Positions 51,555 to 64,000 of a DNA stretch of 64,000 nucleotides are shown one piece after another; positions within the stretch are counted from its first letter, which is position 1; each line of letters starts with the position of its first letter. The stretch is from Octopus sinensis. Taxonomy: Eukaryota. The stretch covers positions 49,724,001 through 49,788,000 of the forward strand of contig NC_043003.1 in assembly GCF_006345805.1 (NCBI RefSeq), given 5' to 3'. The position numbers were made by a program, and so were the translations under genes. The notes under the pieces were generated by a model. It was given only the letters and a program-made list of their open reading frames with translations. It did no database searches and had not been told where the DNA came from.

Positions 51555-51952
51555 ACTCTTCAACTCTTTTACTGGTTTCAGTCATTTGACTGTGGCCATG
51601 CTGGAGCACTGCTTTTAGACAAGCAAATCAACCCCAGGACTTATTCTTTGTAAGCTTAGTACTTATTCTATTGGTCTCTTTTGCCAAACCGCTAAGTTAC
51701 GTAAACACACCACCATCGATTGTCAAGCGATGTTGGGGAGGACAAACACAGACACACAAACATATACACACACATACATATATATATACGACAGTCTTCT
51801 TTCAGTTTCTGTCTACCAAATCCATTCACAAGGCTTTGGTCAGCCTGAGGCTATAGTAGAAGACACTTGCCCAAGGTGCCACGCAGTGGGACTGAACCCA
51901 GAACCATGTGGTTCATAAGCAAGCTACTTACCACACAGCCACTCCTGTGCCT
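51555..51952 (-). mobile_element. SINE family A, full length
   Basis: Reverse complement of the family consensus. Confidence 0.85.
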
Positions 51953-52184
51953 ATATATATCATATTATATTATATTATATTATATTATATTATTTTAAGG
52001 GCTTTACTACATGTAAATGCCTCACACTATAAGGGACTCTTAAATTCAAAACTACCTTAATAAATATACAGCATACCAATAGCGAAGGAATGCAACTTGG
52101 AAATTGTATCTTAAAAACAGTTTCTACTTGATAAATTCTTATACAGATTTTATCCTTATATTTAATTTTATATATATCATTCAA

Positions 52185-52330
52185 AATGTGACCGCGTGTG
52201 TACCGTTGGCGATTTTTTTCCTCTGTCTTCCCTTCTCTGGATCTTTCCTTCTCCTATGTTTCCGACGAAGAGCTCCGCTCAAAATGTCAAACCCTCCTTC
52301 TTTCCTTCAAACAACAAAAGAGACCATCAG
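52185..52330 (+). mobile_element. Hammerhead-bearing short element family 2, second copy
   Basis: GTTT CCGACGA A GAG CTCCG CTC AAAAT GTC AAAC at 52258-52292. Confidence 0.55.
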
Positions 52331-52574
52331 AAACAAGCTAATGATAGAATTTCTAGATAACTGCTTAATCTGCTAGAAATTACTACACCCTATAATCTTA
52401 AAAATAAAGGACACATTAGACAGTGTAGTCCCAGATATATTCTTTTATTCTTTTATACATTTCAACCCTAAGGCTGTGACCATGTTGGGGCACCTCCAGT
52501 ATGTATCAAAACTGGAGAGGTCACAGCTAGAACATCTTTGATGATAGTTCTGTCCATTAGTAGTGAAATAATAT

Positions 52575-52770
52575 TCTTTTCTACTATAGGCACAAGGTTC
52601 AAAATTTTGGGGGAGGGGGCCAGTCGATTAGATCGACTCCAGTATGCAGCTGGTAATTAATTTATCGACCTCTCAGCGGAATTTGAACTCAGAACATAAA
52701 GACAGACAAAATACCACTAGGCATTTTGCCTGACATGCTAACGTTCCTGCCAGCTTGCTGCCTTAATGGT
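52575..52770 (-). mobile_element. SINE family B
   Basis: Reverse complement of the head and tail, with an internal deletion. Confidence 0.75.
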
Positions 52771-52989
52771 GAAATAATATTAAACGGCAACATCCACCAA
52801 AACTTGATATTCTACTGTTGGATATCCTTCTTATTATCATCCCCTGATTTCCAGAATGTAGCAACAGGTGAAATAACACTAAGCATTTCATCCAGTTTGC
52901 AAACGATTCTGTCAGCTTGCCACCTTAATTCCAGCTAATAATGGAACCTCTACATGATTGCTTGATGTCCTAAATTTTGGTTTTTTTTC

Positions 52990-53289
52990 GCCCTTTTCAA
53001 GCCTAGTCAGGCTCATGGGCCCAATTTCCCGGTTTCTTTAGTGTATGTGTTCTCCCCAGCTGGACAGGATGCCAGTCCATCACAGCGTTACTCAAGAAAC
53101 AGGATGAGAGACTGAGAGAAAGTTGTGGCAAAAGAGAACAACAGGGGTCGCCACCACCCCCTGCTGGAACCTGGTAGAGCTTTTCGGTGTTTTTGCTCAA
53201 TAAACACACACAACTCCCAGTCTGGGAATCGAAACCACGATCCTCCGACCACGAGTCCGCTGCCCTAACTACTGGGCCATTGCGTCTCC
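52990..53289 (-). mobile_element. SINE family C with a V-domain-like tail segment
   Basis: tRNA head; gatggactggcatcctgtccag at ~53058-53079 on the minus strand. Confidence 0.7.
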
Positions 53290-53710
53290 AGGGATGTCCT
53301 AAAAGTAGTTGAAAAATCCCAGTAAAATCTCCACAATGTATTTAAAGGAAAAGAAACACTTTTTAAATAATTGTAAAAATTATAACAACACTCCTATCAC
53401 TGCCATCTCTATCGTGACCACCTCCACCTATCACTCTTCATTATCTATTAATCAATGCCACTGTGATGTGATTTCTATGCTCTGTATTATTGATTTAGTA
53501 CACACCCGAATACACACTCATTCATACACAGGTGAGTACATATACAGACATATACTTACACATACATATATATACATATATTTACATATACATATATCTG
53601 TGTGTATGTATGTATATGTGTATGTGTGTGTATATATATATGTGTGTGTGTGTAATGATGATGATGATATACACATATACACTCACGTATATATTTGCTC
53701 TTTCCTTCAG

Positions 53711-53866
53711 GGTTGTTTGGTACCATGATGGCTATTGGAATGCTAATCGGTTTCTACAACTTCAGAGCCAATAATTTCAGCAACTTACCTTCTCACAGAC
53801 TTGAAGATGCCTTAGATGCCATGAAACAGATCGGTTCCTCCTGGCGAATATCTTTATCTGTTCTTG
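53711..53866 (+). CDS. SLC35F6: SLC35F6-like transporter, internal coding exon (156 nt, phase 1-1): (G)LFGTMMAIGMLIGFYNFRANNFSNLPSHRLEDALDAMKQIGSSWRISLSVL(G)
   Basis: Acceptor tttgctctttccttcag and donor CTTG/gtaaga. It contains the LEDALDA motif and aligns to the recalled GLFGFVILSLLLVPMYYIPAGSFSGNPRGTLEDALDAFCQVGQQPLIAVALLG. The next exon (expected GNIxSIAFFN...) was not found in the window. Confidence 0.92.
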
Positions 53867-54676
53867 GTAAGAATCTCTTTTTTTTTTTTTTTGAATTCTT
53901 AAAATGTTTTTTTTTTCTTTCTTTTTTGAAATGTTGCATTATTTTTACTCTAACTCATTTTACTTCTCTCTCTCTCCTTACATATATAGATGTAAGAGTA
54001 CAAACATATGTACATACAAACAGTTTTAAAATTACAAAATTCACTGCTTAAGTACTTGGCAAAGTGCAAGGGTTCTTATACCCACTCCCCCCACCCACAA
54101 AAAAAAAACTCCCATCATTATGTAGGAATCTGCAGAATGAAATTCAGTGTTTTCACTCCAATCAAGGAACTATAACTGTGCTCAAATTATCAAAGGGAAT
54201 ATTTTCGATACAAAAACTTTACTAAATTTATTCCTTGTCAATGACTCTTACAGTAATTAAAAAGACTGAAATGATAAAAAAAAAAAATAATTTACACTCA
54301 TGTATGTGTAAATTTATATACACATTTATATGCATACACCAACATAGATATGTATGCATTTATGTGTGTGTGTAGATACTGAAATAAGGATATGATTTTA
54401 AACTGTTTTAAAGCATGCTTCAAAATATCAACAAAACAGTTACTAATGGAATTACTCTTTACTGGTAATAGAATCCATTTTAATGTGTGTGTGCACATTT
54501 GTGCACATGTGTGCACATGTGTGTGCATGTATGTGTGCACATGTGTGCATGTATGTGTGCACATGTGTGTGCATGTATGTGTGCACATGTGTGTGTATGT
54601 GTGGGCTTGCATGTATGCATGTACATACATATATATATATCTACATATATATATATCTACATATATATATATCTAC

Positions 54677-54712
<36 letters not shown>

Positions 54713-55097
54713 CAATACATACACATACATATATATGTATACCTATGTATATATTCATACATATTCATATGTACATATACATACACAGATATATAAATAC
54801 ACACACACATGCATGCACACGCACACACACACATATCAAATTAAATACATGACTGAAAGAGCTACTAATAGTTTCATGCTATTATGATACTTGAGTAGGC
54901 ATATTTATAAATTATGCCATGTATCTTAAAGCAGTGTGTGTAAATGTGAAGGTTTACGATTCAGTGGTCAGGATATTGCAGTCACAATCACCAGATCATG
55001 TGTTTGATCCCCAGACCAGGTGAGCACATCGTGTTCATGAGCAAATATTATTAATGATATATACATATATATATATATATATTATATATATATATAT

Positions 55098-55369
55098 AAT
55101 TAAAAATGAGGGTGTCTGAGAGACACCAACATGCCGAAATAGCAGTCGAAATTCTGACTATAAAAACCACGTTAAGTGTTCATATCGTACCATGAGATAA
55201 GACAGAGGGACAAAATATACAAGCAAAAGTTCAATAACTTTTGCTTGTATATTTTGTCCCTCTGTCTTATCTCATGGTACGATATGAACACTCAACGTGG
55301 TTTTTATAGTCAGAATTTCGACTGCTATTTCGGCATGTTGGTGTCTCTCAGACACCCTCATTTTTAATT
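55098..55369. repeat. Near-perfect 272-bp palindrome (134-bp arms, one mismatch, 4-nt loop)
   Basis: Checked base by base; loop caat at 55232-55235. Confidence 0.97.
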
Positions 55370-55460
55370 GTTAAAAATTATTACCTTTGTACGGTATTTT
55401 TTCCATGCTGGCCACTTGATAATATTGATACTTAAATATCGATATTATCCTCATATATAA

Positions 55461-55496
<36 letters not shown>

Positions 55497-55594
55497 GATA
55501 ATATCAGGGTAATAAAAATTTTAGAAATTTTTACTACCAGTGGCCTAGTGTATAGAAAAATTAGTCAATAGACTATATATTATTCATATAAATA

Positions 55595-55985
55595 CAGTGT
55601 ACATTTAAACACATAATAGGTATCTGTCATAGGATTCCTGGCATGCTAGAAAGAAATAGCCAAAATCCAAACCACTATTAAGGATAAACTTCGAAGGGAA
55701 TGAAAAATAAAAACATTTACCATCTAACTCTTGGACCATGGTTTCAAACTTTTTTTAGCAAATAAAATAATTTGCTAGGTGTAGTCTTCATCAACAGGTA
55801 CACCTAGATTAAACATATAATACGAGGCAATCCAACATGTGCCCTGTGCTATACATTATAATTTTTCAAATCCACCATGCAAGCGCAGTTTTTTTTGTAA
55901 ACTTCGAAGTTTATCTCTAATAGTGGTTTGGATTTTGGCTATTGCTTCTATGATGGATACCTCTTATGTGTTTAAATGTACACTG
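55595..55985. mobile_element. Tc1/mariner-type MITE (TA|CAGTG...CACTG|TA) with ~100-bp imperfect TIRs
   Basis: cagtgtacatttaaacacataa...ccaaaatccaaaccactatt...aaacttcgaag is mirrored at 55899-55985, with TA on both flanks. Confidence 0.75.
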
Positions 55986-55986
55986 T

Positions 55987-56036
<50 letters not shown>

Positions 56037-56040
<4 letters not shown>

Positions 56041-56220
56041 AAAGTTTACGAAAAAAATAAAAGACGAAGACAGGTAGTGTACAAAACAAATAGATGAATT
56101 AGTATAACGCTCAGGAATAGAAAAAGTCTTTTACTTTTCGGCCTACGCTCTTCTACAGAAAGGTACACAGAAAAAACAAGGAGAGAGACAAGGAGAGAAA
56201 AAATGTGTGTAGTGGCTAAG
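56037..56220 (-). mobile_element. Hammerhead-bearing short element family 1
   Basis: Sense strand CUUU CUGUAGA A GAGC GUAG GC-C GAAAA GUA AAAG at ~56128-56162; abuts (TA)n. Confidence 0.75.
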
Positions 56221-57152
56221 ATACATTTACATACACACATGCATAGATACAGAAATGTGCATATATTTGTGTGTGTTGTATCATTGACCAAATATAGTTC
56301 TTTGAAGCTGAGCAGACTCAGCTTTTGAGAACTAAATGAGTACCAGTGATCCATTTCAATACTTAAGCAGAAGCATCAACAACAACCACAAGAGACACGA
56401 CAACAGTGTACAAATGACCAGTGGTTTGTTGGCCTACAGTGGCAGGTTCAATTCCAGTTGCAAGTGTTGGGTAGTCTGTTTAGAAGATCAGTAAAACATT
56501 ATGCAAGAAGAAGAAGAGGGAGGAGGAGAGGGAGGAGAAGAAGAAGAGGTGTTAGTAGTAGAGAATTAGAACAAAATATGAAAATGAAAAATACAGATAA
56601 ACGGAAAGAGAAAGAAAAGGAAGAGGAGGAGGAGGAGAAAACAAAAGAAAGGTAGGAGAAATAGGAAGAAAAAAAACAAAAGTAAAGTAGGAGAAATAAA
56701 AAGGCAATAAACAAAATGAAGTAAAAGTGTGAGAGTAAGGAAAGAGAAAACAACAGAAAACAAAAGGAAGAAAAATTAAAATTAATGTTATTTAGCAATT
56801 CTTTCTATTGTTCTGGAACTTTCTTTTCCTTCTTCTTCTATCCATCTTCATTTTTTTATGCTGTCAAATTTTACTCCTGTTCTGGTATTTAGTATTTTTT
56901 CTTCTTGTTCATTTTTCTTTTTTTTTTTTTACTTATCTTCTATACATTTTTTAATAAAAATAAATCTTAAGAATGGTTAGAAAGTAAGAACATTTTTCTT
57001 TTCCTTAACAACTCTTACCTCAAGACATGATGATAATATTTCAATTCAATGACAATGTTTTACATCCTACATATAACATTTTTCTTACATTATTTCAAAT
57101 TTAAACTTTGATTGTTGTATTGCTTCTTTTTATATTTTTGATGCTTAGTTTA

Positions 57153-57183
<31 letters not shown>

Positions 57184-58249
57184 AATCATCATTATTATTA
57201 TTGTTGCTGCTGTTGTTGTTGTTGTTGCTGTTTATTATGAGAGGATGGCTTTATCATGTCCTGAGAGAAAGTTGAATTTGCTGCAGTTTACTTGATGGAC
57301 ACTACATTGTTTTTTTTTACTCTTTAAAGCAGAATGTTTGAATGTTTTCCCCCTTGTTACTCACTGGAGGAAAAAAATTAAGACTTGTCTTTGGACACTT
57401 TTATATATTTTATATAGTATATTGATACTTTTGTTTGCTCATAATTTAATGAGGCTTCTATTGGGAGAGCTGGAAGAAGAAATTCTCATCGTAAAACATA
57501 ATAACAATGAAAATGCCCCCAAAGAAAATCTTGAGAACAAAAACGCAGTTTGGAAAAAAGAAGAAAACAAGAAATTAATGAAGGGCAATGACAGTTTCAT
57601 AAGCAGACATGTTTATAAACTTAGACATTCCCACTTCAGTAAGCATGTGTGAGGAAAATGTAAAATTTGAAAACAAAAATAAATACGCAGAACTGAAATT
57701 TATTGTTTGCAAATGTTACAAATCAAATTGAAATATTAGTTTCAAATTTCGGCACAAGGCAACCAGTTTTAGTGGGTGGGGGTGTACGTTAATTATATCG
57801 ATCCCCATGTCTAACTGGTACTTATTTTATCGATCCCAAAAGGGTGAAAGACAAAGTCGGCTCCGGTAGCTTTTGAACACAATATAAAGTTGGAAGAGAT
57901 GTAATTAAACATTTTTTTCTGGTGCAGCAATGATTTTTGTCAGCTCGCTGCTGAAGTCAAAAAGAAATGTTGAGAATGTGTCAGCTCTCAGAAAAAATAA
58001 CTAAGAAAATGTGGAGAAATATGTCCAAAAGACTGTGGCACCTTGCAAGGAAGAAAGTGACACGGCTGGGTATTTTTTTTTCCAAAAATAGAGATGGAAT
58101 TTCATATGTTCTTAAGGGAGCACTTCAAAGGAACCCTAGTGAATGGAATGTATGATGTGTATGCCATCAACCAGAACAGGGTGTATAGAAGCCTGGTCTT
58201 TAAAACTGAAAATCAAGTGAAGTTATGAGTAGAGCTGGTGTCCAACACA

Positions 58250-58520
58250 TCTGCCTATAGGCTGGTGACGTGGTAATTGGGGGGAAACACAACTCAGTGT
58301 CTACAATCTGAGTCATTGGTTTCTTGTTGTTTTTGCTAAAGGCGGTGAATGCAGAGATGACATGCACAGTGACATGTTGTCATGTAGCATCTGCTTGGAT
58401 ATAATCACACAAAAATCTCAAGGCTATCTTGGAATTCTATTCTTCTGTGGGGGCATAAGCACTTGCAATCAGACCAGGGGTGTTGAGCAGAAAGCCTAGA
58501 TACTAGACATGAGGAGAAAG
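58250..58520 (-). mobile_element. Possible LINE apurinic-endonuclease relic
   Basis: The reverse-strand LIASAYAPTEE resembles the IxAYAPT motif; the rest is heavily decayed. Confidence 0.35.
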
Positions 58521-60624
58521 AGACACTTAAGGATATTTTGCCCACAAGGGTTGGAAAAGTAGAAACAATACAATAAGTTCCCAAAACAGTTGTTTACAGA
58601 GCTAGTAAAAAACAAATCACTTCATTCTCAGAGCACTTAACTGTATAGGTGATTTATCAGGCTTAAATGACCAGAGATATATAACATCATAGTCACTTCA
58701 ATTTTGTAAACCAAAAATTCCTGGAATGAAATTCTACTGGTAAGCTTTCAAGCAAGGTAGGGTTATTCATGTTACATTGGTTCTAGCCTTGTCCATAACA
58801 ATTTTCAAAGTTGATAGCTATTTGACAAATGGGGAATTCCATGTTTGCAACAGGAATTTTCTATGATGTGGGCATGACTGAACACCTCTTTTATGGAGTT
58901 TAAAAAAGTCCATGGATCAAGTGAGTTTTCAGAATCCTTTCTCTCTCAGCCAAGTGAAGCTTACATCCTTTGCTCCTGTTGAAGTATGGTTCCAGTTGTT
59001 CTAGGAGCTTCCATTTAATTATGTATAGCATACTCTCCTCTTTTAGATGTCATATGACACAAATGTATATATGTATGTATATGCATAAATGCATGTGTCT
59101 ATAAGCACACAAATGTTTACATTTCCCTATAACTTTGCAAATGCATTACATCTGAATTTATGTATTCGCAAAAATCATTAGAGCATTGGACAAAATGTCT
59201 TTGTGATATTCCTTCCAATTCCTTATGTTCAAATCCCGTGTTCAAATCCTGCCAATATCAACTTTGCCTTTAATCCTTTCTGGGTCAATAAAATAAAGAA
59301 CCAGTTGAGCATTTGGTTTCAGAAGCAAATTTTCATCAAATCACATCATAATTTTGGTGTTATTGAAGTTGTTATTTAAATCCAAGTCATCCTAAATCAA
59401 GCAGATCTATATTCAAAGGCATTCCAGCCGTGATCATCAGAATGGATGGTTTTCTGACATAGTGTACCTAGAACTACATTAAGTCAATGGATTTAAAAAA
59501 AAATTTTACTTTTAAAAGTAAGCTGCTATTTCTAGCTGGTCAAGCAACTACATAGAGCCTTTGATGGTTTTATGGCTCTGGTGGTGGTAGTGGGCATAGT
59601 AATGGTTAGGTGAGGTAGTGGTAATGTAGATGGTAGCGATAGTTGTACCAGTGGTGAATGGGGACTTTAATGGTGGTGGTGGCACTGGTAATGGTGGGGA
59701 TCATAATGACAGTGGTCAGGATGATGATGGTATTGAAGTTGGTGGTAGTGGTGGTGGTGGTGGTGGTGGTGGGCAGAGGGTACAACTCATATTTATTTTA
59801 GATGTCTTAGTGTGAGACTCCTGTTTTATCATGTGTTTCATTGGTAAGTTAGATTCGCCAAACAAAAAAAAAAAGAAAACTTGAGATCAAAGTCATAATT
59901 ATATTGTTTGTTTGATGATTGTAATAATTTATTCAAATTTGTGCATTTTGCATAGCTTGGACAAACATCTTATTCTTAATTAGAATGTGCAATTTACAAG
60001 AATGATTACAAAAAAATCTATTTAAGATATTAGCTTGTCAGCCATTCATTAAGTTAAACCAGGTGTAAATTTCCTCACCATTTAATTTGATAAATGAACT
60101 GAGAATTTCATAAACAGTCATAGAATAAGTAATAATTTCTTAATCACTCTGCTGTCTGTGGTAAAAATATTTTTGGTGTTATCGTACTTGTTCTGGTTGT
60201 TGTCATTGATTTTTGTTGTTGTTTTCTTTATTGATTAGCCTTGATCAGGCTAGTTTTGTTTGAGCTGACTTAAAGCTCAGATGTTAGCCAATTGAATGCA
60301 TAACAGTCAGAGCATTCATCATTCAACTGTGATGTCTTTTAGACTGGTCCAAGATCACACTGCGTATTCCCTTGTATTGGAATTTCTAGCCTTTTCATAT
60401 ATGATCAAAGATCTTAGCAAGGTATCTTAAGAAAAAGTCAGAGTGGAATAAAATGATTTCAAGTCATTTAAATTGGGAGTTCTCAAACAGAATGGATTCC
60501 ACTCCCGATGGGGTTTCAGGGAGGGAGCTAACAAGATTTAATAAAATGCAGTGTTCTGTAGATTATGTACTTCCATAGAACTGTAGTTTGTTTTATTTAT
60601 TCTATAACATTTAACATGGCTTAT

Positions 60625-61385
60625 CATCATCATCATCATTTAATGTCCGCTTTTCATGCTAGCATGGGTTGGATGATTTGACTGAGGACTGGCAGACCCG
60701 ATGGCTGTGCCAGGCTTCAATCTGATCTGGCAGAGTTTCTACAGCTGGATGCCCTTCCTAACGCCAACCACTCCGAGAGTGTAGTGGGTGCTTTTACATG
60801 CCACCAGCATGAGGGCCAGTCTAGCAGTACTGGCAACGGCCATGCTCGAAATGGTGTTTTTACGTGCCACTTGCACAGGAGTCAGTCAAGTGGCTCTGGC
60901 AATGACCTCGCTCGAATGTTTTGTTCACGTGCCAGTAAGGTGATGCTGTTAACGATCATGCTCAAATGGTACTTTTTACATGCCCACCGGCACAGAACTG
61001 CTCTGGCAGTGATCCCACTCGGATGGAGCTGTTAGTGCTCCACTAGCACAGGTACCAGTCACCGAATTTGGTTCAATTTCGGTTTCACTTGCCCTAACAG
61101 GTCTTCGCAAGCAGAGTTTAGTGTCCAATGAAGGGAGGTTGGCATGGGTGCCAGACGTCAAATTTGGTTTGATTTCGAACCCAGGTTTTCCTGGATCTAC
61201 CTCTTCCACAGATTCCCTCAACCACTAGGGTGTGGCACTTTTTCACACAGCTATCTTCATCCATTCTTGCCACATGACCATACCAGCGCAATCGTCTCTC
61301 TTGAACACCACAACTGATGCTTCTTAGGTCCAACTTTTCTCTCAAGGTACTTACACTCTGTCGAGTATGTACACTGATATTACAC
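60625..61385 (-). mobile_element. RTE-clade LINE, 5'-truncated, with an internal deletion after RKTW
   Basis: LDLRSISCGVQERRLRWYGHVARMDED is nearly identical to the 22.9-kb copy, followed by the 3' UTR and (GAT)n. Confidence 0.88.
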
Positions 61386-61504
61386 TTATATTTATAAAAT
61401 TTCACAGATTAATTTAATAAAAGATTACTAATTCACTTTTTGAGCTGTGGAGATATCCCATTCATAGTTTTCTTTGACTTGTTCTTGTTTTCTGTTTACT
61501 GAAT

Positions 61505-62909
61505 TTTGAACCATCATGCATGTCAGAAACAGAATAGATATTGATTCAGATGTTTAATATGGATTCGTACTTATCATCATAGAAGATGAAGAAAAGCCTT
61601 AAAATGCATTTTGTAATGAGCGTTGTCAAATAATTCTATGAAACCAACAAAGTTAAAGAAAAATTTACAGAATCTTCATCATCAACAGAAAGACAAGGAC
61701 AAGTTTTTTTTTTCAGTTTTATGTGAATGCTTTTAGAAAGACATTGTTAGATTCACCTAGGTTATTTCAAGAAAGTAATGGAAAGATTATTGAAGGTTTT
61801 TGTGTCATTACACTGGAGATGGCAAATAAAAACAAACAAACAAACAAAAAAACAAAGCAAAAAAAAAACATGAACAGTAGAAAAACAAAAAGAAACAACT
61901 GGAAAAACTTTGGTCAAGCCTTTTGTTTTCAAAATAGCTGAAATTGTAATGGAAAATAGATTGAAAGTAAAAGCTACAGCAGTTTCACTCTCTAAGCCAT
62001 ACTGTTCAAAGAAGAATCAAAGCCATGACTATTGATATTTAGAAACAATTTGTACAGGAGATCAACATAGCAGCATTTGACTTATTTGCAGTTCAACTTG
62101 AATTTGCTTGTATAGCTTCATGTTTCCCAGGTTAGTGATTGTAAGATAGGTTCACTCAGGGTTATTTAAAGAGGGGCTGTTCTTTTGCTTACTTCTTGAA
62201 AGAGCTACCAAAGACCTCAGATATTTTGGAAAAGATTTTATCTTAAATTTGACCTGAATATTATTTATAGGATAATGTTCGTGGGTGTATCACAGATGGA
62301 ACATCAACGATAATTGCAACAAAACCTACATTTGAACTCCCAAAGTGAAAATCAATCATTTGTGTGTTCCCTCATCAAGTACTGGCCTCAAAAATTCTTC
62401 CAGTTCCATCACAGAAGGTTTTATATTAAACATTTCAGAATTTCAATGAAGAGGGAGTCCTCAACTTCTCAACCACTTATCTTTTGACATAGTCAACAAC
62501 TGCTTGAGTTTTTCACAAAAAGTTCAAAGATTTTAAAATGGAGATGTAACTGAAAAAAAGTCTTTGAGCTTTGAAATGAACTTGTTGTTTTTAAATTCTT
62601 CATAAGATGGAATTGTTTTCTTGGTTGAATGATGAGGAATAAATCATTCACCTTGCCTATTTGATTGATATTCTTAATCAATTGAATATTCAGAATCTTC
62701 AAATGCCAGGAAGGAATATAAACATAAAATTCATTGATTTCATGTGGGCATGGCTGCTATGTGGTAAGAAGCTTGCTTCCAACCACATGGTACTGGGTTC
62801 AATTCCACTGCTTGGCACTTTGAGCAAGTGTCTTCTACTATAGCTCAGGCCAACCAAAACCTTATGGATTTGGTAGATGGTAACTGAAAGTAGCACATTG
62901 TATATATTA

Positions 62910-62991
<82 letters not shown>

Positions 62992-63650
62992 CCCCTCACC
63001 ATCACTTGATAACTGATGTTGGTGTGTTTACTTCCCTGTAACTTAGCAGTTTGGCAAAAGAAACTTATAGAATATGTACTAGGCTTACAAAGAATAAGTC
63101 CTGGTATTGATTTCTTTAACTAAAGGTGGTGCTCCAGCATGGCTGCAGTCAAATGACTGAAACAAGCAAAGGAATCAAAGAATAAAATATCAAAAATATT
63201 GCTATGTTTGAGAAACTCTCCCCAAATCTTGTGGTTGATACCGAACTCCAAGAGCTTTGAGAATTTGCAGAAGATAAAATTTTGCAGCAATTGACAGACT
63301 ACAAAATGAATCCAGACAATATTTTCCTGAATTCAATGATGAAGAGATGGATTTAATGTAAAATCCATTTAAATTGTCAGTTGAAAGACTGCAAAGATGA
63401 ATTTCCAGACCAGAAGGATTAGCCAGGAGCAAGAAATAAGTCTAATGAAATACCAGTTACAGAATTTTAGCCTATGATGTATCATTCTTATTCAAAAGTT
63501 TCAGAAAGTGCTATAGATATACATTGATTCTAAATGTATCAACATATGCTTGTGAGACAAGTTTTTCAACTCTGCTGCAAATGAAAATAAAGACATGAAA
63601 TAAATAGGAAGTAAAAAATTATCTGCATTGTTCCCTTTCAAGTACCCCTC
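61505..63650 (+). mobile_element. Decayed hAT transposase of the Charlie/Buster (ZBED5/SCAND3-like) group, split by a SINE A
   Basis: Ordered fragments: YGF..EDEEKP..SNNSMKPTKLKK (BED finger), FAVQL, ITDG, HQVLASK, LAYLIDILNQLN, LQNESRQYFPE and STYACETSFSTL (hATC). Many stops and frameshifts. A possible left end gagttctcaaac lies near 60477. Confidence 0.85.
62745..63185 (+). mobile_element. SINE family A inserted in the hAT transposase
   Basis: Matches the family consensus and interrupts the transposase after LAYL...GRNINIKF. Confidence 0.85.
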
Positions 63651-63655
63651 TTCAG

Positions 63656-63992
63656 GTGAAGGTGCATGGCTCAGTGGTTAGAGTGTTGAGCTTACGATCG
63701 TAAGGTTGTGAGTTCGATTCCCGGACCGGGCTGCATGTTGTGTTCTTGAGCAAGATACTTTATTTTACGTTGCTCCAGTTAACTCAGCAGTAGAAATGAG
63801 TTGCGACAGCACTAGTGCCAAGCTGTATCAGCCTTTGCCTTTCCCTTGGATAACACTGGTGGCATGGAGAGGGGAGGCTGGTATACATGGATGACTGCTG
63901 GTCTTCCATAAACAACCTTGCCCAGGCTTGTACCTTGGAGGGTAACTTTCTAGGTGCAATCCCATGGTCATTCATGACCAAATGGGGTCTCC
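63656..63992 (+). mobile_element. SINE family D
   Basis: A-box tggctcagtgg, B-box gttcgattccc and CORE-like ttcttgagcaagatac; not a complete tRNA. Confidence 0.75.
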
Positions 63993-64000
63993 CCACACCT

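Noticed and set aside
1255-57652. Dozens of ORFs of the [12 protein letters not shown]/poly-H, -D, -I, -M, -S, -T, -V type in the supplied track
   Set aside because: All are translations of micro- or minisatellites, or of SINE bodies, with no protein-like complexity or splice support.
63661-63735. tRNA-like sequences at the heads of SINE families A, C and D
   Set aside because: They have A/B boxes but no closed acceptor stem or poly-T terminator, and they run into SINE bodies. They are not tRNA genes.

Overview
This is AT-rich, microsatellite-dense metazoan genomic DNA. The repeat content is consistent with a coleoid cephalopod, most likely Octopus (inference from repeat style, not proven). 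The only host gene I can support is a divergent SLC35F6-like drug/metabolite-transporter gene on the + strand. Three clean phase-1 coding exons (38781-38957, 43101-43211, 53711-53866) splice into 148 open codons; the 5' and 3' exons were not located. Most of the rest is transposon-derived: at least four tRNA-headed SINE families, many 5'-truncated RTE-clade LINE copies (one with a 322-codon intact ORF end carrying a PHD-type finger), and relics of Dong/R4, CR1-like, Gypsy and two hAT elements. It also holds a Helentron-type non-autonomous element, MITEs and long fold-back palindromes. The most unusual signal is a set of short (~190 bp) elements sitting in (TA)n tracts. They carry minimal hammerhead-ribozyme folds with a palindromic 2-bp stem III and a non-canonical core (U at position 6, variable N7), consistent with Penelope-type terminal repeats or retrozymes. 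Almost all ORFs in the supplied track are microsatellite artefacts. All family assignments are from motif recall, not database searches. Boundaries of old repeats are approximate (about +/-20 bp).
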